From: Macrostomum hystrix
Taxonomy: Eukaryota > Animalia > Platyhelminthes
Assembly: GCA_950097015.1 (NCBI GenBank)
Contig: CATNEN010000003.1
Coordinates: 2,666,001-2,730,000 of the forward strand
Reading direction: 5' to 3'
Length of the DNA: 64,000 nucleotides
Below are positions 26,201-38,324 of this stretch, piece after piece. The translations under genes were made by a program, and so were the position numbers. How positions within the stretch are numbered: position 1 is the first letter of the stretch; each line of letters begins with the position of its first letter. The notes beneath the pieces are model-generated. The model was not told where the DNA came from. It saw only the letters and a program-made list of their open reading frames with translations, and did no database searches.

Positions 26201-29200
26201 ATGCTGATTAAAATGATAAGAACCCGGCTGACCAGATACCTAAATGGTGGGTCAAAATGGTTTGACAAATTAGAGCGGCTTTCATTTTTTAAAATCTGAA
26301 TTGGCAAAATGTAAATCTAATATTTTTAACTGCTCTTCTAAACTGGGATTTGTAGATGAGGATTCTAAACTGGGATTATGAGATAGGGATTCTAAACTAG
26401 GATTATGGGATATGGATTCTAAACTAGTTTTATGGGATTAGGATTCTAAAATAGGATTATGGGATAGGGATTCTAAACTAGGATTATGGGATAGAGAGGA
26501 TAGGGATTCTAAACTAGGATTATGGGATAGAGAGGATAGGGATTCTAAACTAGGATTATGGGATAGGGAGGATAGGGATTCTAAACTAGGATTATGGGAT
26601 AGGGATTCTAAACTAGGATTATGGGATAGGGATTCTAAACTAGGATTATGGGATATGGATTCTAAACTAGGATTATGGGATATTGATTCTAAACTAGGAT
26701 TATGGGATATGGATTCTAAACTAGGATTATGGGATAGGGATTCTAAACTAGGATTATAGGATAGGGATTCTAAACTAGGATTATGGGCTATGGATTCTAA
26801 ACTAGGATTATGGGATAGGGATTCTAAACTAGGATTATTGGATAGGGATTCTAAACTAGGATTATGGGATAGGGATTCTAAACTAGGATTATGGGATAGG
26901 GACTTTGGAATCGCAAAGTTAGTAGCTTTTGTGAATTCTGCTTGAATTCTAACGATTATAGAGAACAAATTTCATCAAAGTAGAAAAATATGTTTGGCAC
27001 AATACCTTTCTGTGCAGTCAAGCAGTCTAGCATAAAATCATGAAAGTCATAGCAAAGGTTAAAATGGAATTTTACTCAATAGGCAAATGAAATCTGTCTT
27101 GAAGCTATGAAGTTCCCCCCTATTTTGAGTTAGACTCGGCGAGTAGCACTGGAGTCGCATAATGTGGGTCCAGCTGACACCCGAAAAATTGCCCACGCTT
27201 CCAATATCCCATTCCCGTCCAAAAAAAATCCTCAAAAAAAAATCTGGAAAATTTGCGCACAGCTCATTGTCCGACGATATTTTCTAGAAAAAATGAGTAA
27301 AATCCTTCGTGAGAAAAATCCTTTCTTTGAGAACATTTCCATATACTCAACCAGCACCTCTAAAAGGCAAATCTCCCGTACTCAACTATGCCTGCCCAGG
27401 GCAAATAAATCCCTCGCTTACTATTATTATTCAGTGAAAAATGGCTGGCCTACTGGGTAGGGAATTAAATCTCAACCCCCCCAGCTCGGGTGAAATACGG
27501 TGTGCGGCATCGTGAGTGCTTTTAAGGAGCTCAACTTCAAGCAGTGTTAGCCAAGGTTTGTACAGCTGTTGCCCTCACACACACACACACACATTGTGTC
27601 TGTTGCTGTAAGACTAGTCCTGTCTTCTAGATCCAAAATATAGAGTCTGCAGTAGATATTGCTTGAGTCTATAGCAACACAATAAGCTCATCATTTACTG
27701 CTAGACACTAAACCATGTTTATAACAAAGACTGGAACTAGGAAATATTTGCTTGATCCTAATGGGATCTTTGTTTGATCCTATTGGGATCTTTGTTTGAT
27801 TCTATTAGGATCTTTGTTTGATTCTATTGGGATCTTTGTTTGATTCTATTGGAATCCTTGTTTCATTCTTTTGGGATCTTTGTTTGATTCTATTGGGATC
27901 TTTGTTTGATCCTATTGGGATCTTTGTTTGATTCTATTAGGATCTTTGTTTGATTCTTTTGGGATCTTTGTTTGATTCTATTAGGATCTTTGTTTGATTC
28001 TTTTGGGATCTTTGTTTGATTCTTTTGGGATCTTTGTTTGATTCTTTTGGGATCTTTGTTTGATTCTTTTGGGATCTTTGTTTGATTCTATTAGGATCTT
28101 TGTTTGATCCTATTGGGATCTTTGTTTGATCCTATTAGGATCTTTGTTTGATCCTATTGGGATCTTTGTTTGATTCTTTTGGGATCTTTGTTTGATTCTA
28201 TTAGGATCTTTGTTTGATCCTATTGGGATCTTTGTTTGATTCTTATGGGATCTTTGTTTGATTCTTATGGGATCTTTGTTTGATTATATTGTTATCTTTG
28301 TTTGATCCTATTGGGATCTTTGTTTCATTCTATTGGGATCTTTGTTTGATTCTATTGGGATCTTTGTTTGATTCTATTGGGATCTTTGTTTGATTCTATT
28401 GGGATCTTTGTTTGATTCTATTGGGATCTTTGTTTGATTCTATTGGGATCTTTGTTGGATTGGAGATCTTGGATTTTGGGTTTTAGATTTGATGGCTAGA
28501 ATTTGAATATTTCTTAGAAACAGAAGTTTAAATATTATGATTTCAGTAATGAGAGTTTGGACAATTTTTAAGAAAATGAATTATGCAAAACAATGCTTAG
28601 ACTAGTTTGAGCACAGGTAAATAATACTATTGGGGTGGGGCACTAAAATTAATTGACAAAGCAAATTTTCTGCTCCCAACACTGCATGGCAACCTGATCA
28701 GTCTAATTAGTTGATTCTTCTTCAAACTAGAACTATCCTGTGACACATCTCATTTCGTCGATTCTGTGTGACAAAGGACCATATCTGCACTCCTTTATGC
28801 ATATTTGAACTGTAATAATTGTATTATTATTATTGTAGGCATCAACATACAGTTGCGAAGTCATTGCAACTACTGAGTACAACTGTTCAGTCCATGGACT
28901 GGGGGGACGCCACACCCACCCTCAATTAGCCCAGCAAATGCTAATACCCATTTAACAGCTGAGTGAACTGAAACAATGCAGAGTTAAGTGTCTTGCTAAA
29001 GGACACCAATTGTTACAGTGGAGTCGGGAATCGAACCCCTGACCGTCCAAACGTGAGTCAGTCGCTCTAGACACTAGACTACAACCCCCTGATACGATTA
29101 ATAATCAAATATTCAAATATGTTAATGATAAAACCAGCTTAGATTCGGAACAAGATTCGAACTCACGACCTAACAAATTCGATTAGAATTTTTAATTCGA

Positions 29201-32200
29201 ATTGCGAGCTAGTTGCGAGTGGTTGCAAAGTCCTTACAGTCAAGAGAATATTAATAAAATTAATCCTCAAGCCATTACCGTTTGATTTCGTATTCTTTTT
29301 GTCGGCAGGAAACGGAAAATTTTCTGGAATAAGTTGAGTCCTATACTCCAAACCTGAGCATGGCTGAGTACATAAGATACTCAAGGTATCTAAGTGCACT
29401 CACTGAATCTCTACAACTAAGCAAATATTTGTCTTATAAAATCAATATACGCATTATTAATTCACTATTATATATAGAGAGAATTTTTATAAGATTTGGC
29501 CACAATCAAGCTGTTTCCTACAGGCTTCCACAAATCAACTGCCTATCATTAGGTATGCATATAGACCCCCTCTTCAACTGGGGTCCTAACCTGGCTTGAT
29601 TATTCATGTGAGTAGATATATATATATAAGTAAACTTATACCCTATAGAGAACTAAATTTAGATCCGAAACAGAATTTAGGAATTTACTAATCTCAAGTA
29701 ACCGGAAACTGGGATCAACAAAATTAAAATTCAGATCCTATATTGGGATTTAGAATTGGGATCCTAGTCCCGAGATTGGGATTCAGAATTAGGATTCTAG
29801 TCCCTAGATTGAGATTCAGAATTGAGATCCTAGTCCCGAGATTGGGATTTAAATTAGGATCCTACTCCTAGATTGGGATTAAAATTAGGATCCTACTCCT
29901 AGATTGGGATTAAAATTAGGATCCTACTCCTAGATTGGGATTCAGAATTGGTATCTTAGTCCCTAGATTGGGATTCAGAATTGGGATTCTGGTCCCTAGA
30001 TTGGGATTCAGAATTGGTATCTTAGTCCCTAGATTGGGATTCAGAATTGGGATTCTGGTCCCTAGATTGGGATTTAGAATTGGAATCCTAGTCCCTAGAT
30101 TGGGATTCAGAATTGGGATTCTGGTCCCTAGATTGGGATTCAGAATTTGTATCTTAGTCCCTAGATTGGGATTCAGAATTGGGATTCTGGTCCCTAGATT
30201 GGGATTCAGAATTAGGATCGTAGTCCCTGGATAGGGATTCGAAATTGAGATTCTAGTCCCTAAATTGGGATTCAGAATTGGGATTCTACTCCCTAGATTA
30301 GGATTCAGAATTGGGATCCTACTCCCTAGATTAGGATTTAGAATTGGAATCCTAGTCCCTAGATTAGGATTTAGAATTGGAATCCTAGTCCCTAGATTAG
30401 GATTTAGAATTGGAATCCTAGTCCCTAGATTAGGATTTAGAATTGGGGTCCTAGTCCCTAGATTAGGATTTAGAATTGGGGTCCTAGTCCCTAGATTAGG
30501 ATTTAGAATTGGGGTCCTAGTCCCTAGATTAGGATTCAGTATTGGAATCCTAGTCCCTAGATTAGGATTCAGAATTGGGATCCTAGATTGGGATTCAGAA
30601 TTGGGATTTAGAATCGGAAATCGATATCTTGATATAGAATAGATATCTGACATTGGGATTTCATAAGGGGATTCTGAATCCAGCTTTAATAACTAGCTGC
30701 AGAGGGAAAACAACAAGTCATTAGTCATAAAAACTGGGATAAAATAGATAAGCAGACAGACAGACAGGTATGAAGACAGACAGCGTTGAGGAGTTGAAGA
30801 TTTGGGAAGAAAAGGACAACTCCGGAGTCTGAAAAATCCCCATCAGCTGATGAAGAGAAGCGATCGACCAAGTGAAGTCGCAGTCAGTGGCCCCCAAGAG
30901 TCTCAAGGCTCAACTCAAATGCTACCAAACTGGTCCCACACCCACAAGCCAATCAATCTTACAGCCTAACTATATAGTAGGGGATATATCTCCCATTTTT
31001 TGAGAGGGAGAAAGTGGTATTAAGGGTTGAAGGGGGGCCTGGGAAATTGTGAGGATTTCTCGCTCCACTCAGCATGTCTAAATCTCTGTTTAAATCCTTG
31101 GTGATATATATTTAGCTAGGTATAGCTATACGATATAGATTAAGCTTTTTCTTATTCCTCAGTATCGTTTGCTGCTTCATATGCAACCTTAAAAAATGCG
31201 TTTCTCTGCCTGCTTTTTCTGCACGATTCGCAGAATTTAACGAATAAAGCAAACTCAAAAAGGGATTATCAAAGTCAGGTGAACAAAGAGTTCTGGGAAG
31301 TCTTTCTAGCAGTTCTTCGAGGCTCTGACAGTCCAGATGAAGATGCGGGGACACGCGTAAGAGAAATTACGACTCAATCCTTTTTTGCTAATTAAATTAA
31401 CACAAATAAATGAAGGACGATCTAGCGCCTAGCCTCAGCACCTTCAGGCCCTATTTCTAACAAACTTCAGGGTTGCTGCAAATTTTTTTAAGGCCAGTTG
31501 CTAATACTTTCAGGGCAATTGCTATTTGCTAATCCCTTCAGGGCCGTCTCTAATCTCTTCAGAGTTGTTGCTAATCTCTTCAGGGTCATTGCTAAACCTT
31601 TAAGGGCCGTTGCCTAACCCCTTCACAACTTCAGGGCCGTTGCTCAACCCCTTCACACCTTCAGGGCCGTTGCTTAACCCCTTCACATCTTCAGGGCCGT
31701 TGCTTAACCCCTTCACACCTTCAGGGCCGTTGCTCAACCCCATCACACCTTCAGGGCCGTTGCTCAACCCCTTCACACCTTCAGGGCCGTTGCTCAACCC
31801 CTTCACACCTTCAGGGCCGTTGCTCAACCCCTTCACACCTTCAGGAATCAGGGTCATTGCTAACACCTTCAGGGTCATAGCTAACTCCTTCAGGGTCATT
31901 TCTAACACCTTCAGGGTCCTTGTTAACACCTTCAGGGTCATTGCTAACACCTTCAGGGTCATCGCTAACTCCTTCAGGGTCATTGCTAACACCTTCAGGG
32001 TCATTGCTAACACCTTCAGGGTCATTGCTAACACCTTCAGGGTCATTGCTAACACCTTCAGGGTCATTGCTAACTCCTTCAGGGTCATTGCTAACCCTTT
32101 AGGGTCATTGCTAATCCCTTCAGGGCCGTTGCTAATCCCTTTCTTCAGGGCCGTTGCTAACCTACCTCAAGTTAATAGCTAATCTCTTGTCAAATCCTTC

Positions 32201-35200
32201 AGGGCCATCCCTAATAATACATAATCCCTAAGTTTCCCTCAAATAAACTGCCAAAAGACAGGGTTTTGTTGAAGACGAAAAAACGTTGAACTTTAGATTG
32301 CATCGGGCTGATTAAATAGGGTGAGCTGTATTGATTTTTCTAGGATATAACATGCACGCAGTCTATCTCGCTCAGCTAAACAAAGATGATCGCTTGATCG
32401 AAACTGGTTGTCTAAAAGCTACACCGCCCCATCTATATAGGTCTAGGAGAACCACTTCAACACTAGAAAGTATATAGGCATGCGGTATGACAATCTATAG
32501 GGACTTGGCTTTCTCCTCACTTTGCCCAACAAACTGAGGGGAGACACTCTGCGAGAGTAGGGATGGGAGACATTGCTGGGTGCAGGGAGGGTTGGATAGA
32601 AGAAAATCTTTAGGAAATTGCTTCGGGGCACGCAGTCCGCGAACGAGCAGCATTTTAGACGAATTTCCCAATTCCCCCTTAAGTCTCCTTATCCCAAACC
32701 CCATATATAGATAGATGAAACGTCCACCAAGGTCGCCAATTGCTTTTATTGGTCCCAATGTCCCATGATTATAGAGGAAATTGTCTTCAAGTGGAGCAGC
32801 AGCCGTATAAAACCTATTTTAGTGTTGAGCAGTTTGACTTGGGTCGAAATTGAGTGAGAGATCAGTCCAGGGCAGAAATAAGGGATCAATGATTAGACAA
32901 TAAGTTCCTGAATAAGTTTAGATTAGGTAATAAGGATGCAGAGAAGGGATAGGAGAGGAAGAGAGGAATGGGAGAGGGGAGACTCAGAGGAAGGGAGAGA
33001 GGGAGAGGAAAGAGAGAGAGGAAGGAGAGGGGGAGAGGAAGGAGAGAGAGGAAGGAGAGGGGGAGAGGAAGGAGAGAGAGGAAGGAGAGGGGGAGAGGAA
33101 GGAGAGAGAGGAAGGAGAGGGGGAGAGGAAGGAGAGAGAGGAAGGAGAGGGGGAGAGGAAGGAGAGAGGGGGAGAGGGGGAGAGGAAGGAGAGAGGGGGA
33201 GAGGGGGAAAGGAAGGAGAGAGGGAGAGGGAGGAGGGAGGGAGAGGATGGAGAGAGGGAGAGGATGGAGAGGGAGAGGATGGAGTGAGGGAGAGGATGGA
33301 GTGAGGGAGAGGATGGAGAGAGGGAGAGGATGGAGAGAGGGAGAGGATGGAGAGAGGGGAGTGGACGGGAAGGAATGGAGAGGAATAGGATAAATAAACA
33401 GTAGCAAAATATGTAGGCGATGCATAAGTTGGCACCCAATGCACAGAATAAGATAATTTATATGCTCTCATAGCCATAGCTAGTAGCGCAGGCAGATAAG
33501 CTGAAAGCCAACAAGCCAGCAATCTCCCGATATATTAGTCCGCGGAGTAAAACCGCAACAGTTGAAGAAGTGCGAGATAACAGACAAGCCTCCCATGCAA
33601 TTGCAACTCTAGCTAGCTAGCTCTATACTTGTATATTTAAGCAATGTAAATGCTCAGAAATGATAGGCAATTTCTGATTAGCCCTCGTATTCCACTGGGA
33701 GTTTCTATAGGGGCGGGTGCAGCTTCCCATTCGCAAATATTTCCCATCTCTTCTTCGCTTATACGGACTCCATTTGAAATCGGCAAGCAAATCGCGGCAC
33801 ACTCGGACACGCGTGCAACAATATTTGTGCTTGCGTTGCCTCACTCAAGCCATTTCTGATTAAAGGGGCCGGGAGAAGGGGACGTGGAAACTGGGATTAA
33901 GGAGGAAGATGGGGTTGCTGCTATATCTAGAGAACTCAGTTCATGCATTGATTCTGTTAGATCCCCATTTCTGCCGGCCTAACAAACTGACAGCTCGGCT
34001 GGGAATTCGGAGAGAAGGGATTTACAGGGTGTGGGGAGTGAAGATAACTACAGAGCTGGATAGCTGTTAAGAGTCAGTTTGACAATGGAAACTCATCACG
34101 GAAGCTATCTTTGCTTGGATAATTTCAGCAAAATAAAATAAATTGAAGAACATTTACAATCCTAACCGACTGAGAGTGGCATATGCGCATAGAGTGCACC
34201 TTTTAGATTTGATTAAGCTAAACTATTGGTGCAGTTGTACCTATAGAGGCTTCAGCAGGCATCGCGGCTGTTGCCTGAGGCTGCTTCTGCAAGAAAAAAG
34301 ACTAACTAGCCAAGGCATCGGCTTGCTCAAGCTTAGTAGAAGCAGAAAACAACAGTCTCAGGTTTGTTCAACGCAAATATGTCGATCTTTTGAGTCTGGA
34401 TGGGATAAAGAAATGAAAGCTGAATAGGAACACGTTTGACACGATCGGGACAGGATGCGAGAAAAATATCCTACTTAGAGTTTCTTAGAAACAGAATATC
34501 ATATTTTGAAATGCCCGGTTGGGATTAGGGTGGAGAAGAAAGCAGGGGAATTTTTCAAGAATAAAAGTAATATCTTAGTTGTCTAATTCTTTCGTCAGCA
34601 AAAAATTAAATCTTACGAAATTCGCGCAACTGAGTACATTAGCATGAATAATTTATTTCCATCTGATACTCGAGCAATTAAGCGAATGAATTAAACAGAT
34701 TTAAAAAAAACAGCAAAATCATTCCTTACCAAAACTAGCTTTTTAGTCTCTTCAATTGTCTGTGGGTAATTTAGTTTTAAATAGGCTTTTGCTTTTCACA
34801 AACTGGCGCCAATTTGAAATTTTAACAACAAAGAGTTCGCAAAGTCGAGTTTCGAGCACCGATGTCGCAATGGAGGTCGGACAAAAAACCTCAGGACTCA
34901 ATTTATTTTCTCTAACTGGGGGGGAGTGGGCAGCCACCCCTAACCGCATTGGGCCAACTGTTCTTTGACCGGGGGCAGCCTGGGGGTGATGGACCGCCAC
35001 CCCACTCCGCGGCCCGGAATTCGCTGACTCGCCATTGGCTGTGGAGCGAGGCCAAGAAGAACTGAGGGTGTGGGGGTGATAAAGAGAGGTGGGCAGCCCA
35101 CACACACAGGGCAGAACAGACCCCAACTCACACACACCAACACAGCATCACTCACTCGTGTCAGAGGAAAGAGGACTTTGAAGAGAGGCTGAAGCTAGAG

Positions 35201-36293
35201 GGAGAAAAAAGTGGAATTAAAAAGAGAAAGAGAGAAAGGGGAAACATGGGAAGATGGGCTTGGGTTATGGGATGGATTGGGGAGCTTTTGTGGCCGTCGG
35301 TATAGCGAAGAGGGGAAATGGGGACGACAAGGACAGGGCAAATACTGCTCTGAGAGCTGTATGCGATGAATGTGAGTCCGGGGCAATGAGTTTGGATGGC
35401 GAACCGAGATGATGACACAGTGACACATGCACACACAGTGAGGGACCACAACTGAGAGCGAAATGCTTCTGGAGATTGAGGTTTTCGGGTTGGGATATTT
35501 TGAGGATTCCTTCCTCACACACGCAACTGAGCTGCTGAACTAGCCGCCCTTGCCTCGCCTGTTGCTTCGCTAGGTTGGTTCCGTTTCTGACTCCTTTAGC
35601 TAGTTGGCTTATTATATGCAGGGCTCCATCTGTATGTTTGTGTATCCGAGCGAGGAGCGATCCCATCCTAGTTGAGGAGAAATATCCCCTGCTTAGCACA
35701 GTAACTCAACCTTGTGCCAGTTTCTGCCCCACCTCCCCGTTAAAGCCCCCAGCTGCAGTAGATCGACTCAATAGTCAGTTGGCTATTCAGTACCAGAACT
35801 AATTGTAAGCGGCCTGTCACAATTACCTGACGGAGAGATAAAATAAATTGCTTTTTTTAAAACATTAGCTAAGTTTTGGCATTTGCCAAGCAGCTGTGGG
35901 TGATGCTTCAATTTACACTGTCACAGTTAGACAAACTGGCAAATGAATTGGCAACTGGCAACTTGCAAATTTATTAACCTATATTTTATTTGCTAATTTT
36001 TTGTTGCCAAGTATTTAACACCCGCAAGAATACGTAAATACTAAAGCCGGAAATTCGTTTTAAATTCACGGCGCTAATTTAAATACTTACTTATTAATAG
36101 TGCGATTGAAATTTTTAGAACATTCGACGAAGTGACTTTGTAGATAATAAAATATAGAGATATGGCGAAAGAAGCAGGAAAAGACTAAAGTGAAGTTCAA
36201 TAATCTCACCATGGTTCGATTGTTATAATTGGCATTGTTGTAAGCTAGAAGCGATTGTACCATGCCAGCCGGTCGACAGATATCTGTAGCCAT
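4723..36293 (-). CDS. shep (RBMS-like): RBMS/MSSP family two-RRM RNA-binding protein (alan shepard/SUP-26-like), long isoform
   Basis: Minus-strand exons: 36293-36210, 26239-25994 (polyQ), 9278-9062 (SNTNLYIRGL...GQCK), 8967-8861 (GYGFVDF RNP1...SYAR), 6192-5977 (ESEKDPTNIYIKNLP...GAGFIRFEKEQ), 5642-4986 (end of RRM2, PLEAKLAD, Q/A-rich) and 4902-4723 (LDPSAYQ...EQQ*). All have GT-AG borders and are phase-consistent. The motifs TNLYIRGL, STKA, CKGYGFVDF and DPTN(I/L)YI-NLP are diagnostic of RBMS1-3/Shep. Joining the two 5' exons to the core is an inference. Confidence 0.9.
5669..5825 (+). mobile_element. tRNA-derived SINE family A (CORE-like domain), internally deleted copy
   Basis: B-box-like GGTTCGACTCC followed by GGAACAATTTGTGTCTTTTAGCAAGACACTTA...CAGTTCACCCA, matching the copies at 28870 and 45688. 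Confidence 0.75.
6224..7650. repeat. 31-bp minisatellite (AGCCTGAACATCCTGAAGGATCATAGATAAG) with 25- and 34-bp variants
   Basis: About 46 tandem copies in a shep intron, starting ~30 nt from the acceptor at 6193. Confidence 0.95.
8352..8833. repeat. 20-bp minisatellite (GGAGTGGAGTAGACAGTGAG)
   Basis: Tandem array with the same unit as 9437-10406. Confidence 0.95.
9310..10546 (-). mobile_element. SINE family A copy split by a 1-kb minisatellite
   Basis: tRNA head (reverse of GGGAATCGAACCC) and CORE start at ~10430-10546. The 3' part (CAGTCCATGGACTG, ATT-rich tail) is at ~9310-9437. Collinear with the intact copy at 28870-29088. Confidence 0.8.
9437..10406. repeat. 20-bp minisatellite (GGAGTGGAGTAGACAGTGAG)
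   Basis: About 48 copies. Source of spurious ORF 9419-10465. Confidence 0.95.
11110..11705. repeat. 20-bp minisatellite (GAAGTAGGTTAGAAGGGTGA)
   Basis: Tandem array, degenerate at the edges. Confidence 0.92.
12370..12842. repeat. 20-bp minisatellite (GGATCGGAGGTGGGGATTTR / GGATCAAAGATGGGGATTTR)
   Basis: Tandem array with two interspersed unit variants. Confidence 0.9.
14075..15056. repeat. 41-bp minisatellite (CCATTCTGTTCCTTCAYCCACTGAGAGGCTAGACTAGCAAT)
   Basis: About 24 near-identical head-to-tail copies with no spacers. Confidence 0.96.
15607..16520. repeat. 16-bp purine-rich minisatellite (RAGGAACAGGGGAGAG)
   Basis: Tandem array. Source of spurious ORFs 15266-16633 (except its first 32 codons) and 15444-16649. 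Confidence 0.95.
16538..16633 (-). CDS. Candidate alternative first coding exon of the shep-like gene (MVMKRRYQDICSPVIALPLATEQPIRLPLIAM)
   Basis: ATG-initiated, non-repetitive 32-codon frame ending at a consensus donor ATG|GTGAGT in phase 0, compatible with the acceptor at 9278. Confidence 0.6.
16985..17330. repeat. ~22-bp minisatellite (TCTCTAGATGGATTTGAAGGAT)
   Basis: Tandem array, degenerate at the right end. Confidence 0.88.
18490..19170. repeat. 21-bp minisatellite (AAAGTGCCATTTCTAATATCC)
   Basis: Tandem array. Source of the IRNGTLD and ISNIQSA pseudo-ORFs. Confidence 0.95.
19590..20100. repeat. 33-bp minisatellite (TCTAGTCTCACACTCTACCCATCCAGCTGAATC)
   Basis: About 15 tandem copies. 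Confidence 0.95.
20230..20552. repeat. 21-bp minisatellite (GATAGACTGAGCAGAGAGATT)
   Basis: About 15 tandem copies. Confidence 0.95.
21120..22690. repeat. 23-bp minisatellite (TCTGACTGTCCCTACCTTATCWG)
   Basis: About 68 tandem copies. Confidence 0.96.
23275..24005. repeat. 24-bp pyrimidine-rich minisatellite (TCTCTCTAATCTCCCTTCATCTCC)
   Basis: Degenerate tandem array. Confidence 0.9.
24590..25330. repeat. 29-bp minisatellite (AAATCCCAGTTCCCACATCCATTGATCCC)
   Basis: About 25 tandem copies. Confidence 0.95.
25795..25966. repeat. 20-bp minisatellite (GAGAGGTAGACTGGGGGTGA/TCT)
   Basis: About 8 copies next to the donor at 25993. Confidence 0.9.
25994..26239 (-). CDS. PolyQ-rich internal exon of the shep-like gene (VSGQPGSYHFNQHQn...QnARAQYHPGLQPKAILYGTYMDP)
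   Basis: TTTAG acceptor, CCG|GTGAGA donor, phase 0/0, and two pure CAG tracts in frame. Confidence 0.75.
26337..26900. repeat. 27-bp minisatellite (GGATTCTAAACTAGGATTATGGGATAG)
   Basis: Tandem array with some 36-bp variants. Confidence 0.93.
27750..28455. repeat. 22-bp minisatellite (GGGATCTTTGTTTGATTCTATT)
   Basis: About 32 tandem copies. Confidence 0.95.
28870..29088 (-). mobile_element. tRNA-derived SINE family A (CORE-like), near-complete copy
   Basis: The reverse strand reads tRNA-like head (GGTTCGATTCCCG), then GTGTCCTTTAGCAAGACACTTAACTCTGCATTG...CAGTTCACTCAGCTGTTAAATGGGTA (resembling the CORE-SINE domain), then CAGTCCATGGACTG. Confidence 0.85.
29740..30615. repeat. 33-bp minisatellite (TAGATTGGGATTCAGAATTGGGATCCTAGTCCC)
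   Basis: About 26 tandem copies. Confidence 0.94.
31500..32170. repeat. Compound minisatellite: 30-bp unit (CTTCAGGGCCGTTGCTCAACCCCTTCACAC) followed by a related 21-bp unit (CTTCAGGGTCATTGCTAACAC)
   Basis: Abrupt unit switch at ~31845. Both units share CTTCAGGG..TTGCT.A. Confidence 0.92.
32945..33390. repeat. Polypurine GA-rich tandem repeat
   Basis: 30-bp GGGAGAGGAAGGAGAGAGAGGAAGGAGAGG units and GGATGG variants. Confidence 0.9.
36210..36293 (-). CDS. Candidate distal first coding exon of the shep-like gene (MATDICRPAGMVQSLLAYNNANYNNRTM)
   Basis: ATG start and ATG|GTGAGA donor in phase 0. Confidence 0.6.
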
Positions 36294-37239
36294 TCGATGA
36301 TGCCAACAAATTTTGGATTCGGAGTCGAAAGAGTGAAACTTTCAGGCTTGCACTGTATGCAAAGCAATCGGAAATACGAAATTGAACTCGACTAGAAGGA
36401 AGGAGAGAGAGAAATTCTGACTGTGGGGTTCGGCTGTGGGGCCAGAACTAAAATTGGCGCCTCTATCAGTCTTACAGAACGGAGGGGGTAAGGGAGGTGA
36501 CGTAGTCTGCCTCCCGACTAACCAGCCAACCCCAGGACCCCAAGTTATATTTTGGGGTCCGAATGTACATCCAGCCCGTACTCATTATTAGTCACGCCTC
36601 CAACCAACTTCCTAGTGAATATTAGGCCTATGGTCCTGAGGCCCCATAACATTCCCCACTGATTCATCAAGTTAAATAGCCGAACAAATTCAATCCCGTT
36701 TGTTCCTCCCTTTCTGTGGCTATTGGCCACGCTTCGCGAATGTATTAAATCACTGCTATTTTTAGCCCTGTCGACCGCCTGAATGCATTCGAATGGACCG
36801 TGTGACCTCAGTCTCTTTTAACTCTTTTATATCGAATGTGTTTTCCCTAGTACAGAATAAGTAATTTCTGTCCTTGCAGTTGGGAGGGGCGTATTCATAT
36901 TTCTTGTTCTACATCAACTCCCAAATTTAGAATGTGGTCCAAACGTTCTCTTGTTTAATTTCTTGAGTCAAGTCACGGCTCACAAAAATGTCCATCAAAA
37001 GCTTATGAAATACGAAGCTTTTTTCACTATTCTACTCAAGTTTCTTTTCCTAGAACTTTCAAAATCCTCTAGAGTTCCTCTACTCGCCTTAAGTTCTTTT
37101 TTTTGCCAGAAGCAGAAGAAGCCTTATCTGCTTTCAGCTTGTAAAGAATTAAGACGTGATTTTTCAGCAAATCTTTTCTACATGTTCGAATTCAAAGTAA
37201 TTAAAAATTGTTATCAACTCCGCTCGTTATCTACTACTA

Positions 37240-37556
37240 TCGTTACTCGTTACTCTCGTTACTCGTTACTCTCGTTACTCTTTACTCTCGTTACTCTTTA
37301 CTCTCGTTACTCGTTACTCTCGTTACTCGTTACTCTCGTTACTCGTTACTCTCGTTACTCGTTACTCTCGTTACTCGTTACTCTCGTTACTCGTTACTCT
37401 CGTTACTCGTTACTCTCGTTACTCGTTACTCTCGTTACTCGTTTCTCTCGTTACTCGTTACTCTCGTTACTCGTTACTCTCGTTACTCGTTTCTCTCGTT
37501 ACTCGTTACTCTCGTTACTCGTTTCTCTCGTTACTCGTTACTCTCGTTACTCGTAA
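37240..37556. repeat. CGTTACT / CGTTACTCT compound micro/minisatellite
   Basis: Interspersed 7- and 9-mer units. Confidence 0.92.
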
Positions 37557-38324
37557 CATTTTTGCTTGTCTTCGTTACGCGTTATTCGCTATTCGTTACT
37601 TCGACTACTCGTCGTAGCTTCTAAACAGTCGTTAATCGTACTTATCGTTTTTCGTTTCTCGTTACTTGATATCTTTAATTATTTCTTGTTTCTGTCGTTA
37701 CTTGTTATTAATCAAAGATTTTCTGCTTAGAAAATTAAATAAAAAACTAAATAAAGTGACATTATTAGCTTGTCGAATCAGTATAATAACTCAACTGACG
37801 CCTAGGATGTTGCAATGTAAGAGCAATGGCCCAAAAAAGTTTGCACCGATTGTTTCATAAAAGCCTGCTCTAACTCGCTTGACTAATTAAGGTTCTTCAA
37901 TTTTGATTGCTAGCTAATCCGCCTCGTAGATTAAGTGGACTTACAGGACCACGCATTGCATTAAAAGCACTCCATTTAGGGAGGGCTGCACCTCAATAGG
38001 CATCCTGAAGCATAATTAATTCACGAACAAAATTTGACTGTGGGACTGTGAGATTGTGGTAAATGGACAATAGGATGGGATGGCTTAGTCGGGGGAGGGG
38101 GCTGAGTTGAGTGGCAATTAAACACAATTGGTAAGGGGAAAATTGGCGTCTGTTGGCTTTGAACTATTATTTGTAATGCTAAACCAATTTGGATTCAGCG
38201 ATCTGCTCATTCTACTTATTTAAGTAGTAATAAAGGATTTAGCGCGACTAAAAGCGTAATTTAAAATAATATTAATTCTGACAAAGCTATCAGAATTTCA
38301 AGAGGAGAATAAGGAAGTGCGAGT

